A stretch of 40,269 nt of DNA from Peribolospora baueri (GCA_029717555.1 JAMDHS010000049.1:124001-164269); one strand, 5' to 3'; positions 11,574 to 26,911 are shown, counted from the stretch's first letter. Notes: generated by a model from the sequence alone, not told the origin. Numbers and translations: made by a program.

Positions 11574-13519
11574 ATGTCAAGCAGCGGCAAGAGCGAGGGC
11601 GGAAACTCTTCACCACCACCATCACGGCCCACGCCCTCCACTTCTGGCGCCACTAGGACCCTTTACGGCTATCGCACAAACTCTTTCTCCGGTATCCCTG
11701 CCTTGGCCTCATCCAAGAACCCGTTCTCCTTTGGCGCAAGACCCCAGGGCCAGCGCAGCGCTAGCGGCTCCGCCGAGACCGGTCACTTCTCTCACTTTCC
11801 CTCCTCCAGCCCTTCCTCTTCCACCGCCGTCTCTCCGCCCAGACGCGCTGGCACCGAGGGTCCCCCGACGCCCACCCGCGGTGCCACCGCTTCCACCCCC
11901 ATCCACGGAGGCCCCTCCACCGCCGGCCCGACGCGCTCGGCGTCCATGACCAGCGCCCACTCTTCCAACCCTTCCGTCTTCGGTGGCCTCTCCAACCTCG
12001 GCGGCGAATGGGGCGCCTCCACTCTCTGGGGTCGCGCCCCTCCTTCGAGCACCGCCGGCGGTAGCGTTCCGGGCAGCGACAGCGGTCCCACCGTCAGGAC
12101 GCCCGCCGGCGCCTCTCAACTTCCGACCTCTAATGGCTCCGCACCGCCGGCCGAGACGTCGTCCGGCGCCGCTTATAGGTCGCCTCTCTTGGGCGCCGAG
12201 GCGTCCTCCGGCTCTTGGACTCCCGGCCGAGGGCCTCACACGTCCACCTCTTGGCCCAGCGACCTGGCCAGTCCCACCGGCGACTTTGCCCTCGATCCAC
12301 AGGTCAGTCCGACGAGGTCCAAGACGGCTAGCATCGACCATGGGGTGAATCGTCCCAGTCCGCCTCGTCTTCGTCCACTCCTCCCCTCCTCTTTGGACTC
12401 GGAGCGCTGACCCGTCGTCTTTCCTTGCTTCCATCGCGTCGCTTTCATGCGCAACGCCTTCCACGCTCTCCCCTCTTCACCCACAGTCCTCCAACTTTCA
12501 GGCCCGTCAACGTCAGGCCGCCGCCGCCGCTGCCCAGGCGGCCGCTTTGGCCGTTCACGCTCCGCACGACGATCAGCAAAAACGGATGCACTCCGTCGTT
12601 CAGGTCGCGATCGACGATGGAGATCAGACGCCCCCCAGCCTTCGTCACCCCCCGGCTCAAGTCCCGCAGGCTTTCGACGTCCCGCCGAGACCGACGTCCA
12701 CTCCACCCGCGGGCCTCAACGCCGCGAGCGCGGTGCCATTCATTCCCCAGTCTCATCAGTCGGTCCCCCAGCAGGCACCCCCTATACGGTCCATCTCCAT
12801 GGACCAGCCGCCCAGCCAGCCACGCCGTCCTGAAGCCAGCGAGAGCGGCCTCCGCATGCATCCGATGGGGCCCGAGGCCGACTTGATGCTCGGCTTCCGC
12901 GCAATGACCACCGCCGATGACTACCCAGCCTACCCCGCCCCCCCCGCCGCTTCCCATCAGCCTTCGCAGCAGCAGACGCCCATGACCCAACTCTCACCGT
13001 CGCAACAGCCCGAGCACCAGCACCAGCACCAGCACCAGCAGCACATGCATCGACCCCGCCACGTCTCCGGCCCATCTCCGGTGTATGGCTACCCCATGGA
13101 AGCCTACGCCCCGACCGCGCCTCAATACTACCTTCCCGGTACACCCAGCCCGGAGACGTACGCCGGCGAATACGGTGTCGACATACCCGGATACGAATCT
13201 TACCGTCCCACGTCTGACCCGTATGCCTCTGCTGGCCCCATTCGTCCCATGTTCCCTCCGCCTGCGCTCGCCTCGGCGGGTCCGAGCGGCCCGATGGGGC
13301 GTCCGCCTCCGCCCCCGCCCCCGCCGCCGATGCACCCCGCCGCCGGACTGCCGCGCAGCCAGTCGGCCGTGCAAGTGTACGACTATTCCCCGTACATGGC
13401 CGCTCGGCCACCCTATCCACCCTACGGCCCGCCGCCGCCGATGATGGTGCCGGCGCCGCCACCCCATATGGTCTACCCACCTCCGAGTCCCCTCGCGCCC
13501 AGCAACCCTGCGGTGGCCG

Positions 13520-13550
<31 letters not shown>

Positions 13551-15334
13551 GAACCTGGACGAGAAAAAGCGCAATCTGCGTACCCACCAGATGTTGCTCC
13601 AGCAACAGCAACACCAACTCACCCACCAGCAGCAGATGCTTGCCGCCAGCATCCGGCGGCAGCACTCGGTACCCGAGATGGGTCCCTCCCAAGCGGCCGC
13701 CGCCACAGGCGCCGTCGGCTTCCATCCCGGTCCTCCCCAGCTCGCTCATCCTCAAGCCCACCACCATCCCTCCCACCCTCACGGCCCTCCCATCCATCCC
13801 GCCCACCCTCACGCCCATCCAGGCGCTCCCCACCGCGGCGGTCCCCAGCCCCGACCTCACATCGTCGGCGCACCCGGCCGTCGACCGTACAGCATGGGTG
13901 ACAACCCCCTGCGCTCTTCCTTGCTCGAAGAGTTCCGCAGCCGGCGCACGCGGCGGTACGAGCTGTCGGACCTGTTCGGACACGTGGTCGAGTTCAGCAC
14001 CGACCAGCACGGCAGTCGGTTCATCCAGGAGAAGCTCGACCCGGCGACGACGGAGGAGAAGGAAAAGGTGTTCGAAGAGATCTCGCCCAACGCTTTGCGA
14101 CTCATGGAAGACGTGTTCGGCAACTATGTCATCCAAAAACTCTACGAGCACGGCACAGAGGAACACAAGGCGATCCTCTCCGACCAGATGGAGGGCCACG
14201 TGCTCAGGCTCTCCCTCAGCACGTACGGCTGCAGGGTGGTCCAGAAGGCGCTCGAGCATGTCTCGCCCGAGAGACAGGTCTCCTTGGCCATGGAGCTCGC
14301 CGAGCACGTGCTCGAATGCGTCAAGGACCAGAACGCGAACCACGTCATACAGAAGATTATCGAGCTCGTCCCCGTGCGTCATCGCTCCTTCCCTTCCCGT
14401 CTTCTTTCACCGCCGCGTTGGGCTTCTCTGAGTCTTCGTCTCGCGCGTATCGTTCTCTGACACCCGTTTGTTTTCTGCTCGTCCGCTCGTCCGTCCGCCC
14501 TTCCTTGGACACAGTCCGATCGCATCCAATTCATCCCTCACGCCTTCAACGGGCAGGTGTACCAGCTTGCCGCGCACTGTTACTCGTGTCGCGTGCTCCA
14601 GCGGATATTCGAGCATTGCTCCGACGCGCAGAGTCGGCCGCTTCTTGACGAGCTCCAGCGATCCACGCAGACCCTCATTGAGGACCAGTATGGCAACTAC
14701 GTCGTCCAATGGGTTCTGGCCAAGGGCTCGCGCGAGGACAAGGTCATGGTGATCTCCAAGGTCCGAGGTCAGGTGTTGCAGCTGTCCAAGCACAAGTTTG
14801 CTTCGAACGTCGTCGAGGAGGTGATCCGCGCCGCATCGTCGAACGACCGTCAGGCGCTGCTCGACGAGATTCTCGCCGTCAGGCCGGACGGATCGTCACC
14901 GTGCGTGGTGATGATGAAGGACCAGTACGCCAACTACGTCCTCCAGCGCTTCCTCGAGGTCGCCGAGGGAGAGCAGCGCGCCGTGCTCGTCAGCCGCATC
15001 CGGCCTCAGCTCGCGAGCATGAAGAAGTACTCTTCTGGCTACGCTAAGCATCTCACTGCCAGTGAGTGCCTGCCCCCACTTTCCATCGCTCTCACACACG
15101 TAACGTGCCCGCAATGCCGAACGCTGACGTTGACGATCGATGCGCCCTCGCTTCCCCTGCTCGTCTCGTCCGAATGCAGTCGAAAAACTTCTAGACGATG
15201 GACCTGGCGAGCTGCCTTGTCCCGGGCGGGCCTCGTCGACAGCGATCGAGGCGACACCCGCCGTATCCTCCTCCGCTTCCACGCCCGCCGACCTCGGTGC
15301 CTCAGCGAGGAGCGCTCTGGGCGAGTCTCGATGA
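11574..15334 (+). CDS. Pumilio/PUF-family RNA-binding protein, Pum1/Puf3 type (~1119 aa; exons 11574-12344, 12487-14373, 14515-15061, 15180-15334)
   Basis: Eight Puf repeats with recognition motifs SRFIQ, NYVIQ, CRVVQ, NHVIQ, CRVLQ, NYVVQ, SNVVE, NYVLQ, preceded by [10 protein letters not shown]. Long Pro/Ala/Gln/His low-complexity N-terminus. All three introns are GT-AG and restore the frame. Confidence 0.93.
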
Positions 15335-16796
15335 GCGTCATTGCGCCGCTTTAATCCCCCCCCCCCCCCGCGGCGCCCTTCTTCCCTGTGCCCAATTCTA
15401 TGTCCACCCAAAGACGACAGGCCGTCGCCGACGGACGCTCTCAGTCCTCCGACGCGCCTCCGACCCCGACTTTCAGGACCTTCGAACCCGAGCGCGCTTC
15501 TGCCTGCAACCAATAATCTCACGGCTCACTACAAGTTTCTGTCGCATCCAAGTAGTTCCGTTCCGGTCAAACAAGTGTCGCGACAGTCGCCCTCCCTTCT
15601 TTCCGCCACAACTCGGTCCCCGTTCAGCAACTTGCCTCTTCATCACCGCGTCGGCTTTTTCGTTCTTGTCCATCATGCGCATCGTTCCCATTTGCTTGGG
15701 TTGGGCCTCGTCCACCGCCGCCGCCATCGTTTGGCCATCTTCACCTGCTCGCTCTGTCCACCGGCCGAGGACGCACGGGTTTTCTCTTCCCCCGCTTCTC
15801 GTTCAGCGGCCTCGCCTGCATCTGAGCTCTATTTCATTTAGCCCCGCTTTCGTTTCCCTCATCATCATCCACTAGCATCGTTCTTTTCGCTCTTTTCAAA
15901 ACCTTTTCTTCCCCTTCCCCTAGTTCAAGCCCCTCCGTCCCTCCGATCCGACTCTCGCTCGCTCCGCCTCGGCCCTTCGCATCGCAGCAACCTCCCGAAC
16001 CAAGCACTTCCCCACCGCTTCAACCCTTAATTCCCTTCGCCAACATGGCCTCCGGTCGGTCCCGATCCCGGACGCCTCTCCTCCGTCCGTCCGTCCGTCC
16101 GTCCGTCGTGGGCGGTCTGCTCGCCGCCGTCGTCGCCGCCCCATCTCCCTATTTGCTCGCTCTTTTCGTCGCCTCACTCACGGCGCACGTCCGCTCGCTT
16201 TCCCTCGCTCCGTTCCCTTTTTTTCGGTTTCCTTCCCCTTCTTGCTTCCGTTCTTCCCTCCGTCGCTTTTTCTCCGTCCCTCATCGAATCGTGTCTTTCC
16301 CTCGTTCTCGTCGTCGGCAGTCGTCGATATGGACCTTCGGCTACCAGGCCAACCCGCATCTGAGCACCACCTTCCCTCCGTCCCTCTTTCTCTGCCTCTC
16401 TCTGTCTCTTTCTCGTTTTCCCCTCTCTCTTCTCTTATTTCCTCGTCATCGCCATCGCCATTGTACATAAAACCAACCTCACGTCACGTCGCGGTCGCAT
16501 CCCGATTACCCTCCGTACCTACCTCCCTCCTCCACCTTGCTCGCACCCGCCAACGACAACGACTCACAGAATCACTGCCCCCACCGCCCCCCCCCACCCC
16601 TCCTGTCCCACTTAGCTTATCATCCCCTCCGACCCGACAAAAGACGAGAAAATCGAAAATCGATTCCATCGCTTTCAGTCTTTCCGTCCGTTCGCGTCCC
16701 TGTTTGCCACCCTGGGCCTGTCCATTCCTGTCCGGTTGGTTGGACACGTGGACGGACGGACGGACGGACGGCGAGCGCTCGCTCGCTCTCAGTCTA

Positions 16797-18201
16797 TCAG
16801 TCTGTTCGTCTTTGGCGACCTGGACGGGCTGGCGCGTAGAGGGAGGGGGGAACTTGTGGTGGCACGCAGCTCGGACTGGACCGGTCAGAGAGGTCAGAGA
16901 TGAGTCTTGTATTGGCAGAGAGAGGAGGTATGGATATGCTTGCGAAGAAGGTGGGGGGGGTACTGATACAAATGATGGAGAGAGAGGAAGGAGGGACAGG
17001 CGGGAGCGGGCGAGGAAGGAGCGGAAAGCGAAAGCGAGCGCGTTCCCAAAGTCCCTCGTCAAGTTGGCTGCCGAGCCGGACGATCGGTCGGTTTCCACTC
17101 GCATTCACGCCGCTTCCTTCAGCTTCCACGTCTTCCATGCTTTCTTCCCTGCTCGGCCATCCGGTGTCATCTCTTTGAGAAGAAGTCACAGCGCTGTCGG
17201 TTGAAGCGGGGTAGGAGGACAATTTAGGATCGGGTTTGAGACGCGAGCCAGACGAAGAAATATGGGATTCCGACGCGCACATTTCTGCACTTGTATCGCC
17301 ATGTTCGGCCGGAGTGAGTGGAGTGGTTCGTTGACCGGCGGTGCTGCAAACGGTGGCGGGTTCAGTTGGTATGCCGATTGCTGCGACGGTGAGAACAAGC
17401 GACTGGGTGGTGGTTGTGAGAAAGAAATCTAACAAGAATTATGAAAGCGATCGAACGTAATTTGTGTTCAGCAGTAGAAGAGAAGGGTAGGAGTTAGGCC
17501 GCCGGATGAGCATGAAAATGCTCGTAGAAACCGTCAAGCAGCACATATATTCACCGTCCCCGGCTTGCTCCAACTCGGCCGCGCCTTCGTCCTCGCTGTC
17601 GAGGATGACCGCGTCTGACCGAACGGGTTTCCTGCTTTGCCTTCTTTCTTCTCTGTGCCCCTCGGACTTCTCCGTCGGACATTCAGCCGAATGCCCCATT
17701 GCCGGCGCTTGACCACCGATGCCCGCGAGCTGAGCCATCTTCATCGCCTCGGACAAGTCAAAGCTCGAAAGGCTGCTCTTATCCGACGCGTGTAACCTCC
17801 TACCTTCATTGTCATTGTCTCTCTCCGAGCCGACCTCCATCTGTCCTTCTACTCCTTTCAGCGAAGTTCAAGCCTCGTCCGGGCTTTCGCTCGATTCGGC
17901 GGCGAGATGAGGAGAGTGTCCGATGGCGTGTGCGATCATGTCGTCGTCGGAGCGGGAAGATGGACGTATGAAGGTGAAAGAATAGTGAAGGGCGTTCGGC
18001 GGAGGGTCACTGCCATTTACGAGAAGAGGAAGGGTGCGTTTGCCTTTGTTCAAGTGGATCGTCCCGAGCGGGACTGTCGACGAGTGCTGGAGCGATCGTT
18101 GAAGGGGTAAGCGTGGCGCTGACGCGGTGGGTGTCGTGGCCGTCGCTCCCGGACAAAAGCAGCGCGTGCTCGAGCTCGGCAGCTTCGCGGCGTAGGGACA
18201 T
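16797..18201 (-). CDS. Possible hypothetical protein, exon structure unresolved
   Basis: Three successive minus-strand ORFs (18007-18201, 17439-17840, 16797-17435) with disordered Ser/Glu-rich content and some donor-like GT sites. No domain recognised. Confidence 0.25.
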
Positions 18202-18649
18202 GGATATGGAAGGTAAAAGAGATGGAAGAATGTGCGTACTAGCTTGCTGCGTCGCTCAAACTGGCTGTTCATTAGCGATCGCCGGCGCGTCCTCGTTTAC
18301 GCGTCCAGACGCGTGACGACGTCTAATCATCTTGTCCCGAGCGTCTGTGACATTAACACCAACACGCGCCGGGAGCAGCACATTTACGACTGCTCCATCA
18401 GGTCCTAGTCCTTCTCGTTCCCATCTCATGCGAGGTACGTGATGGCCGTGGTCGTGACACTCTCGCCTGTAGCACCTGATTTTGCGTCGTGACCGTGCAA
18501 GCAGGGCTCCACTGGGCGCTCGGTAAAATGCGCTAAATTCCGCCGTTCACCGTTCCCCTTTCCCCAGGTCCACCACGTGGCGATGTTGCAATGATCGCGG
18601 TGCGTGCTCGGCCGCAGCTTTGTAGTGGAACGGAGATAAACTAGGTACG

Positions 18650-20682
<2,033 letters not shown>

Positions 20683-21872
20683 TGGGCGGGACGTTCGGAC
20701 CACCGGCTGGGATGTATGGCTGACTGGCTGCCGCGTTTCGTCGGTACATCCCGTCCTTCGCTCGTCGTCATCTTCGGCATCCATTCTTTCTCACACACGG
20801 AAAATGTTATAGTCTCGTCCCATGGAAGAGCGCAGACAGACTTAGCTATCTATCTGATCTGTCCGTCTCGGCGGCTTACATAGATTGCATGGCGTAGCGG
20901 AGTGCATTTGCCAAATCTCGATACCATTCGTCCTTCCGTCCGTCTGAAGTCTTCGTTGAGCGCTCATACCATACGTACTCGTGCCGCCCCTCCTTGACCA
21001 GAAAAAAAGAAAAGGAGAAATCGATCGCCCCAAAGGTTTCTCGAAGCGAGCGGCGGCCTTTGCCCATCATGTCGCCGGATGCTTATCCTCGTGTCCGCAG
21101 CCTTCTTTTACGCCAGTCCCTCCGCCTCCGCCGACCGACACCGCCTTGGCCAAGGCCTCCGCCTCCGCTCCCTCCCGCCCGCACGTCGTTGGCTCTTCCT
21201 GGCAGCCCACCACGCGCTTAGGAGCCGTGCCCTTGCACCTTTTGCACCTCGCAATCCGATCCGACTCGCCGCGGCGCTTTCTTCCCCCGCCCTTCTGCCT
21301 TGTCCGTCACAGATAAAAGCAGCGTAGACTCTCGCTCGTCCCAATGCAATGGACACGTCTCGACTCGCCCCTCCAGAGTGGTGCATGTTGCGAAATCTCG
21401 GCGTCCCGTTCGAGCCGACGACGCCCTGACGTGCAGGACTGCTCAACCATTGTATCCTTCGTCGACCGTCCCGTCCCCGAGGCCGGCGCGGCTCCGTGCG
21501 ACGCCGCATGCTGACGTCGCCACGCGGACGCCTGCATTTCTTCTGCCTTGGACGCCTGCATGTCTCCTGCCTTGGATCTCGGAAGGGCTTAAATTGATGG
21601 TGGCGGATCTGCGTCGCTTTGCCTTTTTCCTCGACCTGACCAGTCGTCGTCGCCGCGCTGGACACAGGTGGATGGATATAAACTGGTCTGTCCGGCCCCG
21701 TTCAAACTGGCCGACCCTTCCGCCTTTCCCCCCTCTCCATAAACATCCTTCCAAAGGACCAGTCAGCTGTGCCTCGTCTCGTGCGTCGGCTCAGACAGCC
21801 CTTCTCTTTCCTACTCTTCCTCCTCTTTTCTTCCCCTTGGCCCCACCAGCAGAATACCCTTACCTGAACACG

Positions 21873-23309
21873 ATGGCGGCCTCGGCTCTCGTCGCCTTGT
21901 CCATCGTCATGGTCTTCGCCAACGTCGTCTCTTTCATCGCCATCGGCATCGTCGCCAGACTTCTCAACGAATTCGCACAGGACATCTCTTTGTTCTCGGG
22001 CTCCGTCTCTTCGTTCGGGGGCGGGTCGGTGGACGACTTCAGCTATAAACCGACCGCCATCTTAGCGACCTTGTCGGTGCTACTTGTCGCCGCCGTTTTC
22101 ACCGTCGTCGAGGGCGTACTCTGGGCCTGGTCCGCGCGCGGTGGCAGTGCCGCCGTCGCCAACGACACCCGCCTCAAGGGATTGCGGTCGCCCAAGATGC
22201 ATGCAGCGATTCTCTTCTGTCTCACTATCCTCTGGCTAGTCGGAGTTCTCAGCACGACCGTCGTGTCGGTCGTCAGGTCGTGAGTGACCCAGAATGGGAG
22301 AGTGACATGGCACGATAGCGTGTCCGCCAGATCGATGGTCGGAATGGAGGTCTTATCTCGTTGACCTCGGTATTCTTTTCCTGCGCGCCTCCTTATGATT
22401 CGGTCAGACGGGCCCAAGACACGGCTGACACCGGCTTCGTGAGCGTGACTGTAGGCGGGTATACCTCCACCGAGTATGAGACCTGGGAAGTGCCTATCAC
22501 GACGGTGACGAGTCTGGACCGCTTCACCGACATGACCTTCACCCATACTCTAACCGAGTACACCATGTCCCAAAGTGCATTTTGGACCTGGACCTATTAT
22601 GGAAATATGAACGGGGCCGCCATTCGAACCGCCGACAACAGCAAGGTCACCAGCGCTGCTCCAACCTCCACGCTTGCTCCTCGAGTTCCGGCCAGCCAGC
22701 CCACTCCTGCTCCTCGTGTCGTAGTTCGAAAGCACGAAGAGAGGAAGAGGATACGGGAGGCCAGACTTTCCCAGGAACAAGCGATGCAACGGGAAGCCAA
22801 GCTTGCCCAGGAAAGGGCGATCCACGATAAGCATCATCAGCGGGCGCTCAGGCGACGGGATATCGGCGACTTCTTCGCTTACCTCGGCGATCCCATTGTT
22901 CAAGCTACTGTCATCATCGGTGAGTCACCTATGTCGCAAAATGGCAGTCACGTCGCGTCTATTCCGACTCGTGCACATCCAGATGATATCTGACCTTCAA
23001 CGTTTTCTTCTTACTTTCCATTCCTGACCTTCTCCACTAGGTTGGATAGGGTTTGCCCTTGTAGCCAACCTGGCACTGCCGCTCATGATTGTCTCATTAA
23101 TGGCGCCCAGTGACAATTCCGCCGCTCCCTCAGCGCCCTATCTCGCCGCGCAACAGTTTGCAGCGCCCTATATGGTCGCGCAGCAGTCTGCAGCGCCCTA
23201 TATGGTCGCGCAACAGTCTGGAGCGCCCTATATGGCCGCGCAACAGCCTGCTGCTTTGTCTGGATATCCCGCTAATGCAGGCCATCTAGCCAACGCCAAT
23301 GCCAGTTGA
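21873..23309 (+). CDS. Four-TM (MARVEL-like topology) membrane protein, ~395 aa (exons 21873-22279, 22408-22919, 23041-23309)
   Basis: Three hydrophobic helices in exon 1, a Thr/Ser-rich then charged loop in exon 2, and a fourth helix across the exon 2/3 junction (VQATVII-GWIGFALVANLALPLMIVSLM). Both GTGAGT...AG introns keep the frame. Confidence 0.75.
23131..23250 (+). repeat. Coding minisatellite, 4 x 30 bp (A-A-P-Y-M-V-A-Q-Q-S type unit)
   Basis: cagcgccctatctcgccgcgcaacagtttg / cagcgccctatatggtcgcgcagcagtctg / cagcgccctatatggtcgcgcaacagtctg / gagcgccctatatggccgcgcaacagcctg. Confidence 0.95.
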
Positions 23310-24366
23310 TATGAGCTGGTTGGACGATGCAGCACGCTGGCGCGAGTCATTTCCAGTCACAAGTGCTGGACAGGGTTAATCTGACGTATATCCAGCTGTA
23401 GTGAGCAGCACATAGTCCTTTCGGTCCCTTTCCTTCATCCACTTCTGTCCCTTCTCTTCCAAAGCGCCTGTCTTGCCTCTCGTCTCGAGCACCCATCTCC
23501 TCCGCCGACAAGTGCCAGCCAATTTCTATTCCAGACGAACCAATGCACTCCAAATAAGATACGAAGAAGCGCAGATGTAGTGTAGAACGACAGAACGAGA
23601 GGGTGTTACCGGCGCGCGTTTGGAGAGGAAAGCCTTCGACTCCAAAGCGAAGAGACAGGGAAGCGAGAGAGATGGACTTGGGACGTTGTAGAGAATGTAG
23701 GATCGCACATTGCAAACGAGATGGATGGTATCGAAGATGGGCCGAGAATGATCCTTGTCAAAAAAAGGGATAGGAAGGGACAGTGGACAAGCTTCGAGTC
23801 AGCGGCGAGACGCGGAAGCAGTTGGCACGAGGCGATCAGGTACGCTGCAAAGTTAACCTCAGAGTCGACAAGACTGTGCGACATTTCCTCCCATCGTACT
23901 TTGCTCATGCGCACACGTTCCCGTCGAACGGGCGGTGGGTCGGGTGCGACGAGAGGGGACTGACGTTTTTGCGCCTCAAGGCGGCCACTAGTCGCGGAAC
24001 TCGTCCGACATGCCCATCGCCACTCCCTTCCTCCTCCAGCAGCAGCTTTGCAGTCTCTATCCTCTTCAGTACGTCCTTTATCTACTCATCGTCCGCGGAG
24101 CTCTTCATATCATATTTCGACGCTATACTTCCTGTCCCCGTCGGGTCAGTGAGAAAGGAAGAAGGTGCCTGCCTTCCTTGTGTCGGTTCGGTGGTCAATA
24201 GCGTCTAAATGAAGAGACGACGGGTCGCTTTCTCTCCGCAGCCCTAACTGAACCCCCTCTTCTGTGTGCAAGGGGGATAGAAAAGGAAAGAGAAGGCCTG
24301 AAGCGTCGAAGCGATTGTTTCTGCCTCTTCCACCCAGCACGACCTCTACACTACATCCCCATCACG

Positions 24367-25327
24367 ATGACCTACGTGGACATTAAAGTCGCCGTGGAAG
24401 GAGACGCCACATCCTGGACGTTCACCCTGCCTCGCAATGCCAGAGTGAGCCAGGTGTATCGCATTCTCGAGCGCGAGTTGGGCAAGGTGAGCGCACGCGT
24501 GTACCGGAAAATAAAAGCGCCGATGGCGGCAGGGTGGGAGACGGGAGGCGTGGATGGGTGGGGCGGGCGAGAAACGAACCTACACAGATCGTTGACACAG
24601 ACTTTCTTGGTCGTTTCTGCTCGCCATTTTCGTACTGGTTAGGCATGTGTCCTGTACTGGAACGGACGGCCTGTAGGGACGGAGGAGACCGCTGATACGG
24701 CGAGATCTCTTCACCTTCAAAGCTTACCCCGTCTTCCACCATCATCTGATTTGTCCCTTTTTATCCTCTCTGTACTGACAGCTCGGGCTGCTGCCTGCAG
24801 TCACCTTCACGGCAAAGGTAAATGTCGAAAAGGGGGAGAATGCGACTCGCGTAGTCGGTTCCCATACCTTGTCGTTCAACTCCGTGGAGCCGCACTTCGA
24901 GGACATTTTGCTCGAAGAAGAGGAAGGAAGCGTTCAGCGGACCACAAAGACGGACAGATGCGGGGACAGCATGGTCCTCAATTCGGAAAAGGAAGACGTC
25001 TCCGAGCTTTCACTGTCCCCTTCTCAGACGAGCGAGAGGGAGAAGAGGAAACGCAAGTCTCTAGATGCTCTTTCGTCATCCCCACCACCTTCTATGAAGA
25101 GGTACTTGCCCGACTTGGCCGCTCCCACAGCTTCCTTGCGTGCCGACATCCCAAGGACACTCTCGTCGAGCCCTTCGGCTCGTAAAGGCGCGCATATAGT
25201 CTACTTCTCTTCTCCATCGACGCCGGCAGGAGCAAGGACCGTATTGGGCGTGGGAATGAGCGCGCACGAAGCCAAAGAAGACAACATCAAGCAAGTGCCC
25301 GCTTTCCTCGTCCACGTTCGCAGCTGA
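24367..25327 (+). CDS. Hypothetical ~240-aa protein with an N-terminal ubiquitin/SUMO-like domain (exons 24367-24486, 24643-24699, 24782-25327)
   Basis: Spliced N-terminus MTYVDIKVAVEGDATSWTFTLPRNARVSQVYRILERELGK|ACVLYWNGRPVGTEETADT|LGLLPAVTFTAKV fits a beta-grasp pattern (L.WNG..V...ET..TLGL). Intron 2 needs a GC donor at 24700. Confidence 0.6.
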
Positions 25328-26911
25328 CATATCCTTCACCGTGTTCAAAGCCTTGACAAGCGCCTCTGTGTCCGTTCGAAAGGCCTCATGAAGCGCATTG
25401 ACCTTGTCGTAAATCCAACCGACAGCGTCCGCCGCGCGCTTCATCTCGAGGGTCATCTCCACTGCCTTGAAAGTATGGTTCTTTGGTCGCTCCCCCACTG
25501 GCAGTGTCCCGCACGCACTGGTGCTCAGGATTGTGTGCAAGTCGCAGCTCTCCTCTCCGGTGTTGTCAGGACCAGCGGAAATATACGCAGGCGAGTTGAC
25601 GGCGCCCCGCTCCGCAAAAGAGGCCGAATGTACCTCCTCCATCGGCGCGACGGGTACTATGGACGCAGTCAAGGGGCGTGACTCGCGTATTTCCCTCCTC
25701 ACGGCCATTTTGACCTCATCGAGAATATCGTTGCGGAGCTCCTTTAGGATATCCATGCGGAACTGGGCGTCCGTCTTAACGTGTTGCAAGGGAGGAGATG
25801 GATGCGGACGATGGGGGGTTCGGGGAGGAGAGGGGAAACAGAGTGAGGCCAGCGCTTGGTGGTGCTTTTCTACGGTGCGGTCGCCTCGTTCACACGCCCC
25901 GCGTGCGTCTCGTCTCTGTTCGCCCCCCCGTCTGGGTCGGCGTCGTCCGTCGTTCAGTGCGAAGGCAGGCGCGTGAGCGGGTGTCGGCGCTTCGGGCCGG
26001 ACTCTGGAGACGATGGAGAGAGAGGCGTCGGCGGCGGCGAGGAGGACCAAGCTGAATTGGAATTGGATGACGGAAACGCGGACAGATGAAGTGCGTGGAA
26101 GCCTCCCTCTCCCTCTTCTCTCCCATCCTCTCCCACTCCCTCTCGCCGGTGCATGCTCGGCGCAAGTTGAGGTGGGTCGAAGGGGGAGACGAAAGCGAGT
26201 TGGTCGTGCGTGGCGCGTGGCAGAAGGAGCGAGAGATGGGACTCGTCGACGACGGGCGGTACCTTTACCTTTGCGGACTCGGTCGCCAGTTCTCCTTCGT
26301 CTTCGTGCCGGCTTGTTGTTGGCTTTGGAAGCTGGCGAGGAATGGTGGGCAAAGAGAAGGATCGGCAGGGGTCGTCAGCGTGGAGAGATGGGCGTGCAGG
26401 ACGCACGATATCAAGCGGGCGTCCTTCTTTTCTTTCTCTCTCTCTGTGTGCTCGCATCCAGTCCAAGCAAGTCCGCTGGGCGCGCTTCCCCTTCGCCTTT
26501 GATGCACCATGCGCTTCAGCCCCTCCAGTCGCGCGCTCACAGTCGCTCACCTCGCTCACGGCCGCACATCCGCCGTCTCCACCGGACCGTTGCCAGCCTA
26601 GGGGACAGCGGGTGGGGAGGGTGTCTCGGGGAGGGTGAGAGATTGGACGGGCGAGAAGGGAGGAGGAGGAGGAAAATCAGGATCGGTGGTAGACAGACAG
26701 ATACAGAAGCATGGCCGACGCTCGCTCGCTCACCTGCTCGAATGTTGCCCAAGTCCAGCGAACCGCTTCCGACTCTTTGGCCTATCGGCACGGCGGACGC
26801 GAGCGGGGAGAATGCCAGGGCGAAGAGGAGGAGAAGGGCAGGGAGGAAGTGTGGGGAGCCCTGAGGCGGTGGGTTTGGCAGAGCTGGCGGTCGTGGGCGT
26901 CGAGAGGGCAT
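25076..26911 (-). CDS. Hypothetical protein(s): coiled-coil-like ORF 25076-26050 plus upstream exons with a signal-peptide-like start at 26911; joining uncertain
   Basis: The 324-aa ORF has helical segments (MDILKELRNDILDEVKMAVRREIRE; IYDKVNALHEAFRTDTEALVKAL). The ORF at 26911 has HFLPALLLLFALAFSPLASA|VPI followed by a GTGAGC donor. Confidence 0.35.

Noticed and set aside
12994..14382. 462-aa minus-strand ORF
   Set aside because: Antisense shadow of the GC3-rich Pumilio exon.
23131..23250. 30-bp periodic repeat as a CRISPR array
   Set aside because: Units are contiguous with no unique spacers, lie in frame within a CDS, and the DNA is eukaryotic with no cas genes.
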